A stretch of 64,000 nt of DNA from Adineta vaga (lineage: Eukaryota; Animalia; Rotifera): the NCBI GenBank assembly GCA_021613535.1, contig CP075497.1, forward strand, positions 12,214,001 through 12,278,000, written 5' to 3'. This document shows positions 1-12,111 of this stretch, piece by piece. Made by a program: the position numbers and the translations under genes. The notes below the pieces were generated by a model. The model was given only the letters and a program-made list of their open reading frames with translations, was not told the DNA's origin and made no database searches. Within the stretch, counting starts at the first letter, position 1. Each line of letters opens with the position of its first letter.

Positions 1-1338
1 ACTGAGAAAAGATGTTTGATGATTAAGTTTTCATATATACAAGAAATGTTTTACTTACTAGTAGTGGTACTAGTAGTGGTAGTGGTAGTGGTGGTGGTAG
101 TGGTAGTGGTGGTAGTGGTAGTGGTAGTGGTAGTGGTAGGAGTGATAGTGGTACTAGCGGTACTAGTAGTAATGATTACCATAGCAGTGGTAGCGGTAGT
201 ATGTAATACTGTTGTCGAAGTTGTGGTAGATCTTGTAGTAGTAAGTTGTGAGTTAGTTGTATCAATTGTTGTTGTAGATTCACCAGATATTGTTTGCACT
301 AAAAGAGTTAGTTACATATCATATGTAAAATTTTTATTTCTAAGTTTCCATAATAATCTTTTTAGTTGACAAATAATTCTTTTTATGTATTTATTCACTC
401 GCAGTACACGATGATCGTAAGACGTATCATCCTCAAAATAATCCATCGATGAACTATAAACAACTCAAAAGGACAGAGTTCGTCTTTTGCATTTTAATTT
501 TATAGTAATTGTGTTAATCGGTTGTTTTTCTTATATTCAATATTCTCTAGAGAAATTATTTCAAATTAAATCATCAATATTTACCGTAATGTTCAGTTAG
601 ATTTAACAGTTGAAGTTGAAGATCAATACTATTACCATTAAGTAATGGTGCGACAAAAGGAAAATTTTGAAGATTTAAGAGTTTAGACAAGATTCGTTGT
701 CTAAATGACATTTGGCATTGAAGAACATGGGAACATTGACGTGGATACAGAGCTTGTAAAATAACATCGAAATATACTTTTGAAGATGCATTACTTGTTG
801 GTGTTGTATCTCTTCAAGTAAAATTTATCATGATTAACATGTTTTTTCAATGTCAGACAATCATAGCTACTTACTGTCGACGAAATCGTTCTGTTGAATA
901 ATCATCATCTGTATAACATACAGCAGACCTAACAGATATGGTAAACAACGATACTTTTGCAACTTTATCAAACTGATCAAAGAAAAATAATCATCAGAAT
1001 ACGTTATAATTATTAAGACTTGCTTGACTTACTGCTCTCCCTAAACTCGATTTGTCGAATGGCGAAGAAACAGCACGAGTAGAGACCTGATGAAGATTAG
1101 TTAAGTTTGTTAAATATCGTAATAACCACAAATCCGTAGCTAAAATGAAAATGAAAAGAAAACGACATGTTCTACATATTTATAATGGTCAACATACCAT
1201 TGTCATTAGACTTAGTTACAATAAAATCATCATTAGGAAGGTATAAGGATACCAATGAAGGTATCAAAGCAATCACAAAACTTAAGAATACGCAACCGAA
1301 AATAAACATTATAATACTAGTTCGTTTACCCTGAAACC
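1..1338 (-). CDS. Multi-exon type II membrane/secreted protein with Thr-rich mucin-like tract (partial; runs off window, 5' end unresolved)
   Basis: Open minus-strand exons with GT-AG boundaries at about 1338-1198 (hydrophobic IIMFIFGCVFLSFVIALIPSLVSLY), 1140-1033, 973-875, 812-635 (YPRQC..LQC) and 299-54 (poly-Thr). The plus-strand poly-Val ORF 16-369 is its antisense shadow. Confidence 0.6.
58..140. repeat. (GTAGTG/GTG)n coding microsatellite encoding poly-Thr on the minus strand
   Basis: Direct reading of the sequence. Confidence 0.9.
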
Positions 1339-2744
1339 TATGAAGAAAAACAAAACTGATTTGAAATTGAATATACCATTCAAAATGACTAGTTTTCCGT
1401 TATGATCTAAGACTAATGGTCGATGGCATAAATTAGGCGTGGAAGTATGGATTTTTCTTTATTTACTCTCTCAAAATGAAACTCAATAAGACTTTAGAGG
1501 TATATCTTTCATAAATTCCCTTAATTTCCATTGTTCAAACATTGAATTAATATCCATAGGAATATCTGTGATAAATAAACATGCTTACCTATCATTAAAA
1601 TCAATATATTCGTTTTCTAAAATGTTTTCCTCTTCCATAAGAGTAATAGAACTTCACTTTGTTAGAGATTTAATCTAAAAATAATTATTTAGATTCCGAG
1701 TATAGTATAGTATTGAATGACTCTATGTTAAAAGTAAATGTGCTTTCCGCATTTCTTCCCACAATACAGAAGGGAAACTTACGAGTTTTGATTTTAATTT
1801 TAACTGAACAACAAACCATATGAATGTGAGTGTAGTTTAGAATGAAGAGGAGACACTCATTCTTCCCGTCGAGTTGCGAAAAATATATCCGTAGTTTCTC
1901 ATTATAAAACGAACCTATATTATCGAAGAAGCAATCATGGATGAAGTAGGTTTTTTTAGAATAAAAATATGTGCGTATTTATTCGTTTTCTTTGTATGGT
2001 GAATCAGGTTGATATTTCAGTCATCGTTCTTTTCAGTATAAATTGATTGTGCGTATCCTACGCTTGTTTTTCGTATTCTTTTCAATATTGTTCTTTTGCT
2101 CGCGATCGGAATCATGAAAAATAAACGAGTGCATCTCTTAATATATCATTTAGATCATTTTTTAAAATTAACAATGACATATTTTTCGAGTTGTCTTTAT
2201 GGATGATATGTTACTATTAGGAAAAAAACAACGTTGAATCATACATTTACTTTCAGTCATTGCTTTGACATTAATAATCTAAAGTGTATGTTTTAACACT
2301 TCATTACACTTTCCATTTTCTTTCATCGAAATAAATGCAATTAATACATAATATTTATTAGTCGCAAACGGAAAGAAAAGACCAATGTTTACAATATTTC
2401 TTGTTCATCATATGACTTGTTTACTGTATACTATCATATCGAGGTTGATTTAGTTTCGAAGTTATTATTACACGAGAAAAATATCACGTAAAACAATGAA
2501 AAACTAGATTCGAAAAACTAGAGAATTAAAAATGCAAAAAATATCGGAAATTACTTTGGAGATTGCGAAGTGATATAAATAATTATAAGATTGTTTTCAC
2601 ATTCATCTTGATTTCTATACTCTCAGTCAATAGTCAATTTGTACGCAGAACAATTTATTGTCAAATCGAATAGCTAGATGAGTGAAGGTGTACAAGGAAA
2701 CTTCAGGTTTGAGTGTGAAGGTAAAAAATTGGAGAGTACTAGTA

Positions 2745-3486
2745 GTCACATCCTCGATTTTTATATTTTTGTTTAATTTTTTCTTTTTTAAAACATGTTC
2801 ACGTAAAGTGACACTTCGCTGATTAAGTTTTGAAAAGCGTATTTTCAATGTTCTTATTAGAAAATTTCTCGAGAACATGTTACTAAACATGCCACTCGAT
2901 GGCGAATGTTATTCTCTACTATATGAGTCATTTGATTTTAGCTTTTGTGTATGAAGATAATTCCTAGACTGCTATAAAGTGCTCGATTTACTGCTCATAG
3001 TATTAGCGTTTACGTGGATATATCGATCCCATCCTTTGTTGAAAATCTTCATAATACCAAGAAGACTAACACTTTATTAAATCATGTCATTCTAAATATC
3101 TGAAGGGCTGGAAAAAATGATCAACAAAAAACTGTATCGCAATGTTACGGTAAATGTCACAGCATTTCGTTTGTATTTTTCATTTTTCTGTACAAAAGAA
3201 AACAGTTGAAAGAAAATGTTTTTTAGCACCAGAAAACTCGTTGAAAGATCTACAAAAGAATCTTTTCTTATATTTAATTTTAATGGTGTCATCTAAAAAA
3301 ATGAAAAGGAAAAGGATGTACTACAAGTTTGCATCATGAAATGCTCTTTTAAACAAAAAAGAATTTGAACATATTGATGGAGTCACAGCCTCCTCGCTTC
3401 AACTCCAATAAATGCTCTAAATTTCAGCTCATTTGAACATTCCTAAAGTCGAGATCGATTTTTGAGGGTGCAGGAGGAGCCTTAAG
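2745..3486. mobile_element. Possible degenerate non-autonomous DNA transposon ending in ...GGAGGAGCC-TTAA
   Basis: GC-richer terminus GAGGGTGCAGGAGGAGCCTTAA at about 3464-3485 and a non-coding interior; no matching left end found. Confidence 0.25.
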
Positions 3487-3680
3487 TCCTCTATATCATT
3501 GTCTAAGGTCAAAGTAGCAAAGTTGTGAACGATCGTGTTTTCCTATATTACCTGTTTAAATATGGTAGAACGTATATCTCTATGATCGTATTAGATTTAG
3601 TTATAATAGAAGAAAAAAGTGTTTTATTCGAAGAAACAAAACGAAATATTTAAGCTTTTAATGTTCATTTGATTTGATGA

Positions 3681-4710
3681 TTATGGTGTTATTTGATTAA
3701 TGACAATTTTTTGTCTGTTTTTACATCGTTTCAAAGGATTTTTAAATAAAACATAAATAAATTGTCGACGATACCTTTCTGATACACACATATAAATATA
3801 AAATGGACTCTAAAATAATAATTTTTAAAAAAAAGATTAAAAATGAAATTTTTCTACATACTGAATAATAAATATAATAAAAAATTAACGTTACATGAGA
3901 TGCCAATTGAATTTGTGCTTTTAAAAGTGAATTATTAACATTTTCAGTTTGAAGTGAAATTATATTGGTAATAGCATATGGTAATAAAGTAAATAAACTA
4001 CAAAAAACTTGTGTTAAAACCATGAATGTTAATTGTTTATCTAATTCTCTTCGAACAAGTGGAGTTGTATAATGATTTAATTCTGTCAAATTTTTATAAG
4101 ACATTAATCCAAATAAACTTGTTATAATTAAGGGTAAAAAACCGTAAAGCACAAGAACAATAAAATAAGTTCGATATTCTAAATAAATTTTATTTGTCAT
4201 CACACATTGAATTTCACCTTTATTTGTTGTATTATGATAAAATAAAACTGCATATGGAATTCCATGTAAAATCCAAATAAAACTAAAAAATCCAACTAAA
4301 TAGTATGCGAATTTAATATTACAAAATCGTTGCAACTTTGGTTTTGAACATGTGGCACAATATTGATCAATTGTTGATAAACAAAAACACGTCATTGATA
4401 TCATTACACATATATGAGAAAAATATAAACGAAATTTACAATAGAATAATGATGTTTCAGTTCCATCTTGATCAATTATATAAGTAAGACTACGTGATAA
4501 TAAACCAGCAAATAATTGACCAAAATTAACAATTGACATAATTGTTAAATAAAATGCACAAGAATTTTCACGAAATGTTCGAAGACTAAGAAATACAACT
4601 GTATTGAAAATTCCACCTAAAACACCAACTATAAAAACGGTAATACCACCATAAATTGCGATTTGTTCTCCAGTATATTTCAATGATGCAATTAACAATT
4701 TTGATGACAT
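3681..4710 (-). CDS. Class A (rhodopsin-like) 7TM GPCR, copy 1, two exons
   Basis: ATG at 4710 (MSSKLL), seven hydrophobic segments, DQY at the DRY position. A GT-AG intron at about 3861-3810 restores the TM7 tail SPFYIYMCVSERYRRQ...ITP-stop at 3681. Confidence 0.88.
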
Positions 4711-5184
4711 TATCTTCTTTTTTGATTTATTTAACAAACTTCTTCTGTTAATTCAAGAACGTTAAATGACCTTTAAAAATAAAGATAGAGTAGAAAAAGA
4801 TTTTTTTGTTCTAGAGCATGATGAAGTTTTTCTAAAATTAACATAATAATAAGCTTGAGTAACAGATTTTTTAATTAAAAAAAATAAGACACATGACAAA
4901 AGTTTTGTTTGAAATTAAGCTTGCTTTTATTTTTTGATAATTCTCGAGATTTATTTGGTTATCCTCGAATGATAAATATTTAAACAAAAGGATAATGAGG
5001 TAAATAATCGAAGAATTTAAAAAAAAAACAACGAATGATATTCGTCAAAGAGAAATATTCAACATTATTTGATCAAGAGAACATTTGGATCAAATCATTC
5101 TTCCTATAAATCATTCGCTATATTGTTAATGGATTTTCAACGTTCTCGTACCAGATATCTATCCGATTCAGATATATTCATGAG

Positions 5185-5220
5185 CAGTGTTGCCAACTGT
5201 CTTGGTCAGAAATCAGGACA
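5185..5220 (+). mobile_element. Solo hAT-like terminal sequence CAGTGTTGCCAAC
   Basis: Motif typical of hAT/MITE ends in otherwise AT-rich DNA; no partner end seen. Confidence 0.3.
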
Positions 5221-6548
5221 AATTTTTAACAGTTAAATAGAAAAAGCAACACATGCACGAAGTCATAGATAGTAATTTCCATTATTAATTAATAAGTTTG
5301 TTGACGGAATATTTTTGAGTAAAATAAATAAATTCTAATAGTTCTGGTTTTGATAAAATGTTCAGAAACTTATTTGCGAGGTAATAGGGACTTTAATGAT
5401 ATATATTATTCAAATCGAACAAGCTCTAATGATCTGCGATCTCATTAATTATCATAAGTTTCTCATTGTTGAAAAACTGCATAAATAAATCGATAGACAA
5501 TAATGAATCAAAGGCAATTGATTTCTTAATACGTTAAACTAAAAATACAACAATTTATTCAATGATCGCAAGACATATCTCAATGAATTAATCCTATTTC
5601 AAACAGAGTGAGCTTTCAATTTGACAAGAGTTATTATGGGAAAAATAGAGAAGAGCAGCCAAAATTTCATTATCATATCTAATTTATTCCAGAGAAAATT
5701 GTTTTTATATTTTAACTTTAAATATTGAGATTCCTTTATTTTTGCACCCAGAAAAAAGTTTATAATTATTGAACACAAAAAATAATGTTATGACGTGCTG
5801 TCTTAAATGATGAACAAAATGACCACGATCTCATAATCACACGAAGTATGAATATTAATAACAGCAATGGAGGAAATATGATTTCGTTTGTATGTGGAGT
5901 ATTGTCTTATAAATTAACAGAATACGATGCATGTGAAAGTGAATATTTTATCAAACAAAATTTCAATAACAAGAAAAGAAGAAAGATAGTTACAAGACAA
6001 CTAATGAATAAAATTTCTTAGTATTTGACGTTGAAATATAGAACGTTATATTTACAAGACTTTCGGAAATATACAGTTAGCTATCGTTATTAGTCTATAG
6101 GAAAAATAGATTGATTCGATTTATATTCGAATGGTTTATGTTGACACAATACACGTAAATTGCAAGAAACAAACGATGGCGAGAATTTTATAAAGTATTT
6201 CAAATCGTTCTATATACATAGAGAGAAATTCAATTACGTAAATAATAGATGCAATTCATCTTACAGTTGGTTTTATTTGTTCTTCAATCTATATATTCAC
6301 AATATAGTTGAATATGTTGAAATTTATTATTGATAATTTCATGAACAATGTCCGATAATAGCAAGATCCATTATCATACAAATAGCTGTTAACATGAAAG
6401 ATCATTGTAGTTTATTTGATAAAAAGCAGAAAAGAACTAAATAAAAATTGAACAAAATCGAAAGAGCAAAAAACTATTGTTCCAATTTAACTGCTTGAAG
6501 GAAGATTGATTGTAATTATCGATTTATTGGATCTTTATGAAAGTAAGG

Positions 6549-6777
6549 TATTTATATAGAATTAAAAAGTTTTAGTAATCTAGTTGAAGAACAAACCTTT
6601 TCTTTTCGAGCAATATCTGCTAATACTTCACGTTGCCGCATTGATTTATTTTGTTGAAAATGAACAAGAAGTGGACTTGATGTTGATTTCTGACGACTTT
6701 GTTCAAGTCAATTTTCCTATTTAGTTCAATGAATGTAAATCATACAATGAAAAAAACAGCTTTTTCTATCTCAATAC
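6549..6777 (-). pseudogene. Inverted duplicated exon of NOC2L with flanking intron sequence and premature stop
   Basis: Reverse complement matches 24051-24225 (ENWLEQSRQKSTSSPLLVHFQ...REVL.DIA.KEK plus downstream intron); TGG changed to TGA at 6708-6710. Confidence 0.88.
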
Positions 6778-7121
6778 AAAAATCTACTATTCAGCCACTG
6801 TTAATATCGGTTTCACTGAGTAGAATATTATTTCTTTGCATGCGATTTTCTCTCAAATTGATCATATTCATAACGCATATACACTTTATAGGAGTCACCC
6901 AAACAAACGATAATCTTGTGTTCATAAGAGCAAAACATAAGAACACAAATTATGACGATATATTATTATGAGATACAATGGAAATCGACAAATTCTACGA
7001 AAAAGAATTTCATCGAAGTTCTTCAATGAAATTAGATTTAGTTATAATAGAAGAAAAAAGTGTTTTATTCGAAGAAACAAAACGAAATATTTAAGCTTTT
7101 AATGTTCATTTGATTTGATGA

Positions 7122-8150
7122 TTATGGTGTTATTTGATTAATGAAAATTTTTTGTCTGTTTTTACATCGTTTCAAAGGATTTTTAAATAAAACATAAATA
7201 AATTGTCGACGATATCTTTCTGATACACACATATAAATATAAAATGGACTCTAAAATAATAATTTTTAAAAAAAGGTTAAAAATGAAATTTTCCTACATA
7301 CTGAATAATAAATATAATAAAGAATTAACGTTACATGAGATGCCAATTGAATTTGTGCTTTTAAAAGTAAATCATTCGTATTTTCAGTTTGAAGTGAAAT
7401 TATATTGGTAATAGCATATGGTATTAATATAAATAAATTACAGAAAACTTGTGTTAAAACCATGAATGTTAATTGTTTATCTAATTCTCTTCGAACAAGT
7501 GGAATTGTATAATGATTTAACTTTTTCAAATTTTTATAAGACATTAATCCAAATAAACTTGTTATAATTAAGGGTAAAAATGTATAAAGAATAAGAACAA
7601 TAAAATTTGCTCGATATCGTAAATAAATTGTATTTGTCATAACACATTTTGTTTCACCTTTACTTGTTTGAGTATGTTCATATAAAACTGCATATGGAAT
7701 TCCATGTAAAATCCAAATAATAGTAAATATAAATACTAAATATTGTGCGAGTTTTATATTACAAAATCGTTGTAACTTCGGTTTTGAACATGTTGCACAA
7801 TATTGATCAATTGTTGATAAACAAAAACACGTCATTGATATCATTACACATATATGAGAAAAATATAAACGAAATTTACAATAGAATAATGATGTATCAC
7901 TTCCATCATCACCAAGCATATAAGTAAAACAACGTGATAATAAACCAGCAAATAATTGACCAAAATTAACAATTGACATTATTGTTAAATAAAATGCACA
8001 AGAATTTTCACGAAATGTTCGAAGACTAAGAAATACAATTGTATTGAAAATTCCACCTAAAACACCAACTATAAAAACGGTAATACCACCATAAATTGCG
8101 ATTTGTTCTCCAGTATATTTCAATGATGCAATTAATAATTTTGATGACAT
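7122..8150 (-). CDS. Class A 7TM GPCR, copy 2 (tandem paralogue of 3681-4710)
   Basis: Same N-terminus, same intron position (about 7301-7251), near-identical last exon and 3' UTR. Confidence 0.88.
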
Positions 8151-8945
8151 TATTTTACCTTATTTGTTAATCCAGGAATGTTAAATGAGTCTTCAAAAAA
8201 AGAAATAGTACTTGTTAGAAAAGTAGATAAAATATAAAGTAACCTCCTGACTGAGCTCTGGATTTGATGGTTTTTCTTCTATAGCTTATAAAGCTTTTTA
8301 TATAATTACCATGATCATATACTTCTCTTTTTAATTAAAAAAAAAGTCACGCGAACAAAACTTTAATTATACTCTTTGATAGATCTTGACTTACCGTACA
8401 TTGTATTATTTTAGAAGAAGACTCATTTTTTTCTCTTATTGGATATTTAAGGATTCAACACATACTTATATATACACTAAAATGTTTTCAATATTGTATT
8501 AAAACTTTCTTGATCTGGATATATGTTCTTCACAAGAACAATTATTTCTAGCAGTTTCAATTAAGAATTCGGCATATTTTGAAACGCATAAAGTTTTACT
8601 GAGTAAACTTACATTAAAACATGTTTCAAACAGATGAGTAGATTATAATTGAGCACGAATATGATATTAAACAGAAAAAGAATAATTTCATTGGTAATAT
8701 GAACATATTCATTTAACCTACATCAACAATTATGATAGGTCGGAGCACTAATGGAAAAAAAGTAAATTGAATAATGGATAAGAAGATAAAATTGACAATC
8801 TTTATTTGTTTTCTTCAATATAAAATACTAAATTTCAACTATCAAGAGAGAAAATGCGATTTATGACTTTATAATATAAAATAAGTTTAAATCGAACTTT
8901 AGAGAAGAGTGTTACCATGATAAAAAGTTACCTAGATGTTCATAC

Positions 8946-9066
8946 TAGAGTCCTGCAAACCGGCCGAGCACCCGAAATCGGACCGGATCCGGACACGGGT
9001 TCGGATAAAATTTGTCGGGTCGATTCAGGTGCCGGGCGTAAAACTTTGTACCCGTGCAGGACTCTA
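8946..9066. mobile_element. 121 bp GC-rich MITE with 12 bp perfect TIRs (hAT-like)
   Basis: TAGAGTCCTGCA (8946-8957) and TGCAGGACTCTA (9055-9066); interior rich in CCGG/TCGG; no clear TSD. Confidence 0.8.
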
Positions 9067-9393
9067 CTTTATTTTGATGTTGGAAGGAAAAAGGAGAGAA
9101 AACCGAAGAGGAACGAACTGTTCACTGTGAAAGAAAACACAACAAAGAACGAAAACAAGAGAATGGAAGAAAGCAACTGTCCTTTTCGAAGGATCGTTCA
9201 TCTATTATAGAAGCCGATTCTGTCAGACATAAATTAAAATACGAAAAGTTGTTACAAAAAAGGGAAAATCCAATGTTTTTTATGTAAGCACAAAATAGAC
9301 AAATGGAGTTTAATTATAAATATAAAAAACGTTTTTTTTCTAGAATGTATCATATAAAAAATTACAAGTTTAAAAGCAACAAATGATGTATAC

Positions 9394-12033
9394 TTAACTA
9401 TTTTCAAATTTCTCTTTCATGATGGTGTCTAATATGTTTCCTACATCAATAATTATCTTAAGTGGTACACGAAAAAACTCTCGACCAGTATTAGTTCGAT
9501 GTTTTAGGAATAATTTATGCATCCATTGTTCGAACAATTTACAGTTATAACAAGTGAAAACTTTCTCAATGATAAAACGCGATGGAACACCTGTAGTGTA
9601 TAGCTGTCCGGCGCGTCTTTTTACACCAATAGTCGTATATCCGATTTTATAAACATACGGCATATCTTTATTACTCAACACATAAACTTCTCCATGACAC
9701 ACATAATTTGTTGAAATATTTGTATAGACTTTAGGAATAGGAGATAAAATCTCTTGATTATATGTGTGAATATTAGACAAAGTCCATTGTTCTGTAATCT
9801 GTAACTGGGCGATCGCAGGTAACGAATGATTCTGAAGTTCAGAATCTTCCTCTAATGACTGATCGATATTACTGACATCATTCTGAGTAAATTCTAAAGA
9901 TAAAGGAACTAAAACTAAAAGAACCTTTTCTTTGAATGTATTGTCTATTTTGCAACCTAAGGTCATACTATTTATTGTTGCATTAATATCGTTCGTAAAG
10001 TTACTAAAAGCGTTCGAAATCTGCTGAAAGTGTCGAGATAAACGTTTATATAACTTTTCTATAAAGTTTAAATCAATAGTATTCAGTTCTGTAATGAACT
10101 TTTGTAAACTAGCTAGATATTGTTCTTTTGTTCTATTCCCACTCACAGAATGAAGTCCATCATCAATCCATAATCTATTTTGAATTTCATCCCTCATTTG
10201 ATTATCCATCTGTTCTTTGACATGTATTTTAATAAAACGAAGCTGAGAATCAAAATTTTTTTTTAATTTCTTAATATGATATTCGATTTTCTTATCGTAT
10301 TGATCAACTGTATCATCCATACCTTGAACATTTTTCTCTCTTAACATTTTCTTTAACGATGGAAAGAACTTATTACGAAAAAGAGATAACAAATCACTTT
10401 TAAACACGGCATTTTTAAACAAAACTTCTGCTGTAGGAAGTTTGTCTATCTTGCTTACATCAATTATACTTGAACTTAATTCAGTCGATATCTCTACGTA
10501 ATCTCCGATCAAATTTTTTCTTAATGTTTGGTAATTGAATGTATCGTATTTGTGAGGAGACACATATATCTTTTTATTTATTATTGGCCAAAAATACTTC
10601 TCCCATAATTCTTTACTTCCTTCCTTAAAAAGTGACTCCGAACATTTCGTTTTAGTCTCAAATTCATCCAAACATTCTTTTGTAAGTGGACTCAACTCTT
10701 CATTACTAATAACCTCACATAACGGTTGAGATAATTCAACAGAAAGAAATTTTAACAGTATATTAATATTACTTATAATATCGTATCGCGTTTGATTCAA
10801 CTCTTCAGTAACAATATTGTTTAGTTCTTTATCAACGAATGCTTTCAAAATACTCTGATTGTCTTCTGACCATTTCTCGCCAGCGCACTTATTTTCAACA
10901 TAATAAACAGGCAAATCATCAATAAATCGAGCGATATATTCTTTCGGAAAATTATCTAATGGAATATCGCGACCTTTTTCTCTTAGTTTTTCTTTGTATT
11001 GTTCTTCAATACTTTCATTAGATACTTTTTGCTTTTTTGATTGTGCGGCTGTATTACGATGGGTTACAACTAAACTTATGTGTTTCAGTGAAGTCGATGA
11101 TCTTAAAAGGCTTTTCAGAAAGCTTGGTTGGAGGGGTGCACGTCCATCACCTCGTACCACATGTACCACTTGATCACAAATGGCAGTAGCCTCAACGGCA
11201 CGAATCGTCATCTCTTCGTAACCATCACCGTAACCAGGTATATCAAGTAGTATAAGATCATTACTCAATTTTGTAAATGGGCCTCGAATATATATTTTAT
11301 CAACGATCGGCCATAGTAGACCGTCTTTTGCCGCGAACTCATTTAATTGCTTCTTCAATGTGTTTAATTCATTACTTTCATAAAGTTCATAACCCTTACC
11401 CATTCTTTTCTGAACATGTTCTGGTAAATCGTCCAGTGGATCTTCATTCGTATCGTCACTATTAAAAAGATGTGCTTGTTTGTACATGAAAGCTTTCACG
11501 TCATCCGGTAGCTCATCTTCACTGTTGTTACTATGTAAATTTCTTGTCTCATATGCATTGTTAGATTCCAATTGCCATCGTTCTTTTGAAATAAAATATA
11601 CAAATAATTGATAGTATGATTCCTTCCAAGAAGATATGGCCGAAATTGAAGCTGTGCATGTATCAGCACCATCCGTCGGCAAAAGATCGTAATCAAGGAT
11701 CGAATTAATAAGCGAAGATTTACCACTACCTGATTCACCAATAAAACCAATTGTTTTTTGCTTTGTACTTTCACTTAAAAGCATAATTTGATTCAAAATT
11801 GGTTCCACTTTAGTAGACCAAATATTTTGTGTATTCAAATGATTAGCTTGTAAATTTCCTCCTTCAGTATCTGATACCAATTCAGACTTTTCATCAATTA
11901 CTATCTGTTTTCTTTCCTGGAACAAATCTTCCAGTGGTATTCGAATTTTGTCATGAACATATTGATTTAATAGGAATGATTGATTGAAGTCATGTATGTC
12001 GACAACAGCATTGGTAGTAATGTTATTAGTCAT
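9394..12033 (-). CDS. Dynamin-like (Dynamin_N / SLIP-GC-like) large GTPase fused to a C-terminal T5orf172/MUG113-type GIY-YIG nuclease domain
   Basis: 879 aa intronless ORF: G1 GESGSGKS, LLPT..CT (G2), LLDIPG (G3), VVTHRN (G4-like), helical middle region; C-terminus GEVYVLSN..P.VYKIGYTT..V.RR..QLYTTGVP..F...E..MH..F..HR....REFF. Confidence 0.88.
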   Translation of the reverse strand: MTNNITTNAVVDIHDFNQSFLLNQYVHDKIRIPLEDLFQERKQIVIDEKSELVSDTEGGNLQANHLNTQNIWSTKVEPILNQIMLLSESTKQKTIGFIGESGSGKSSLINSILDYDLLPTDGADTCTASISAISSWKESYYQLFVYFISKERWQLESNNAYETRNLHSNNSEDELPDDVKAFMYKQAHLFNSDDTNEDPLDDLPEHVQKRMGKGYELYESNELNTLKKQLNEFAAKDGLLWPIVDKIYIRGPFTKLSNDLILLDIPGYGDGYEEMTIRAVEATAICDQVVHVVRGDGRAPLQPSFLKSLLRSSTSLKHISLVVTHRNTAAQSKKQKVSNESIEEQYKEKLREKGRDIPLDNFPKEYIARFIDDLPVYYVENKCAGEKWSEDNQSILKAFVDKELNNIVTEELNQTRYDIISNINILLKFLSVELSQPLCEVISNEELSPLTKECLDEFETKTKCSESLFKEGSKELWEKYFWPIINKKIYVSPHKYDTFNYQTLRKNLIGDYVEISTELSSSIIDVSKIDKLPTAEVLFKNAVFKSDLLSLFRNKFFPSLKKMLREKNVQGMDDTVDQYDKKIEYHIKKLKKNFDSQLRFIKIHVKEQMDNQMRDEIQNRLWIDDGLHSVSGNRTKEQYLASLQKFITELNTIDLNFIEKLYKRLSRHFQQISNAFSNFTNDINATINSMTLGCKIDNTFKEKVLLVLVPLSLEFTQNDVSNIDQSLEEDSELQNHSLPAIAQLQITEQWTLSNIHTYNQEILSPIPKVYTNISTNYVCHGEVYVLSNKDMPYVYKIGYTTIGVKRRAGQLYTTGVPSRFIIEKVFTCYNCKLFEQWMHKLFLKHRTNTGREFFRVPLKIIIDVGNILDTIMKEKFENS

Positions 12034-12048
12034 AATAAATTTAATAAT

Positions 12049-12111
12049 CTACAAAAGATAACTGTTAGCAATACAAAGTAACTGCTGGGCGAATATGTTT
12101 TGATATTATAC
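12049..12111 (-). other. Probable 5' UTR intron of the GTPase-nuclease gene
   Basis: Minus strand reads GTATAA...GCTAAC (branch-like)...TCTTTTGTAG, ending about 15 nt before the ATG. Confidence 0.5.

Noticed and set aside
16-369. Plus-strand poly-Val ORF
   Set aside because: Antisense shadow of the poly-Thr exon; splice signals support the minus strand
8917-9210. Short ORFs 8917-9210 and 8936-9130
   Set aside because: Open only because they cross the GC-rich MITE; no protein motifs
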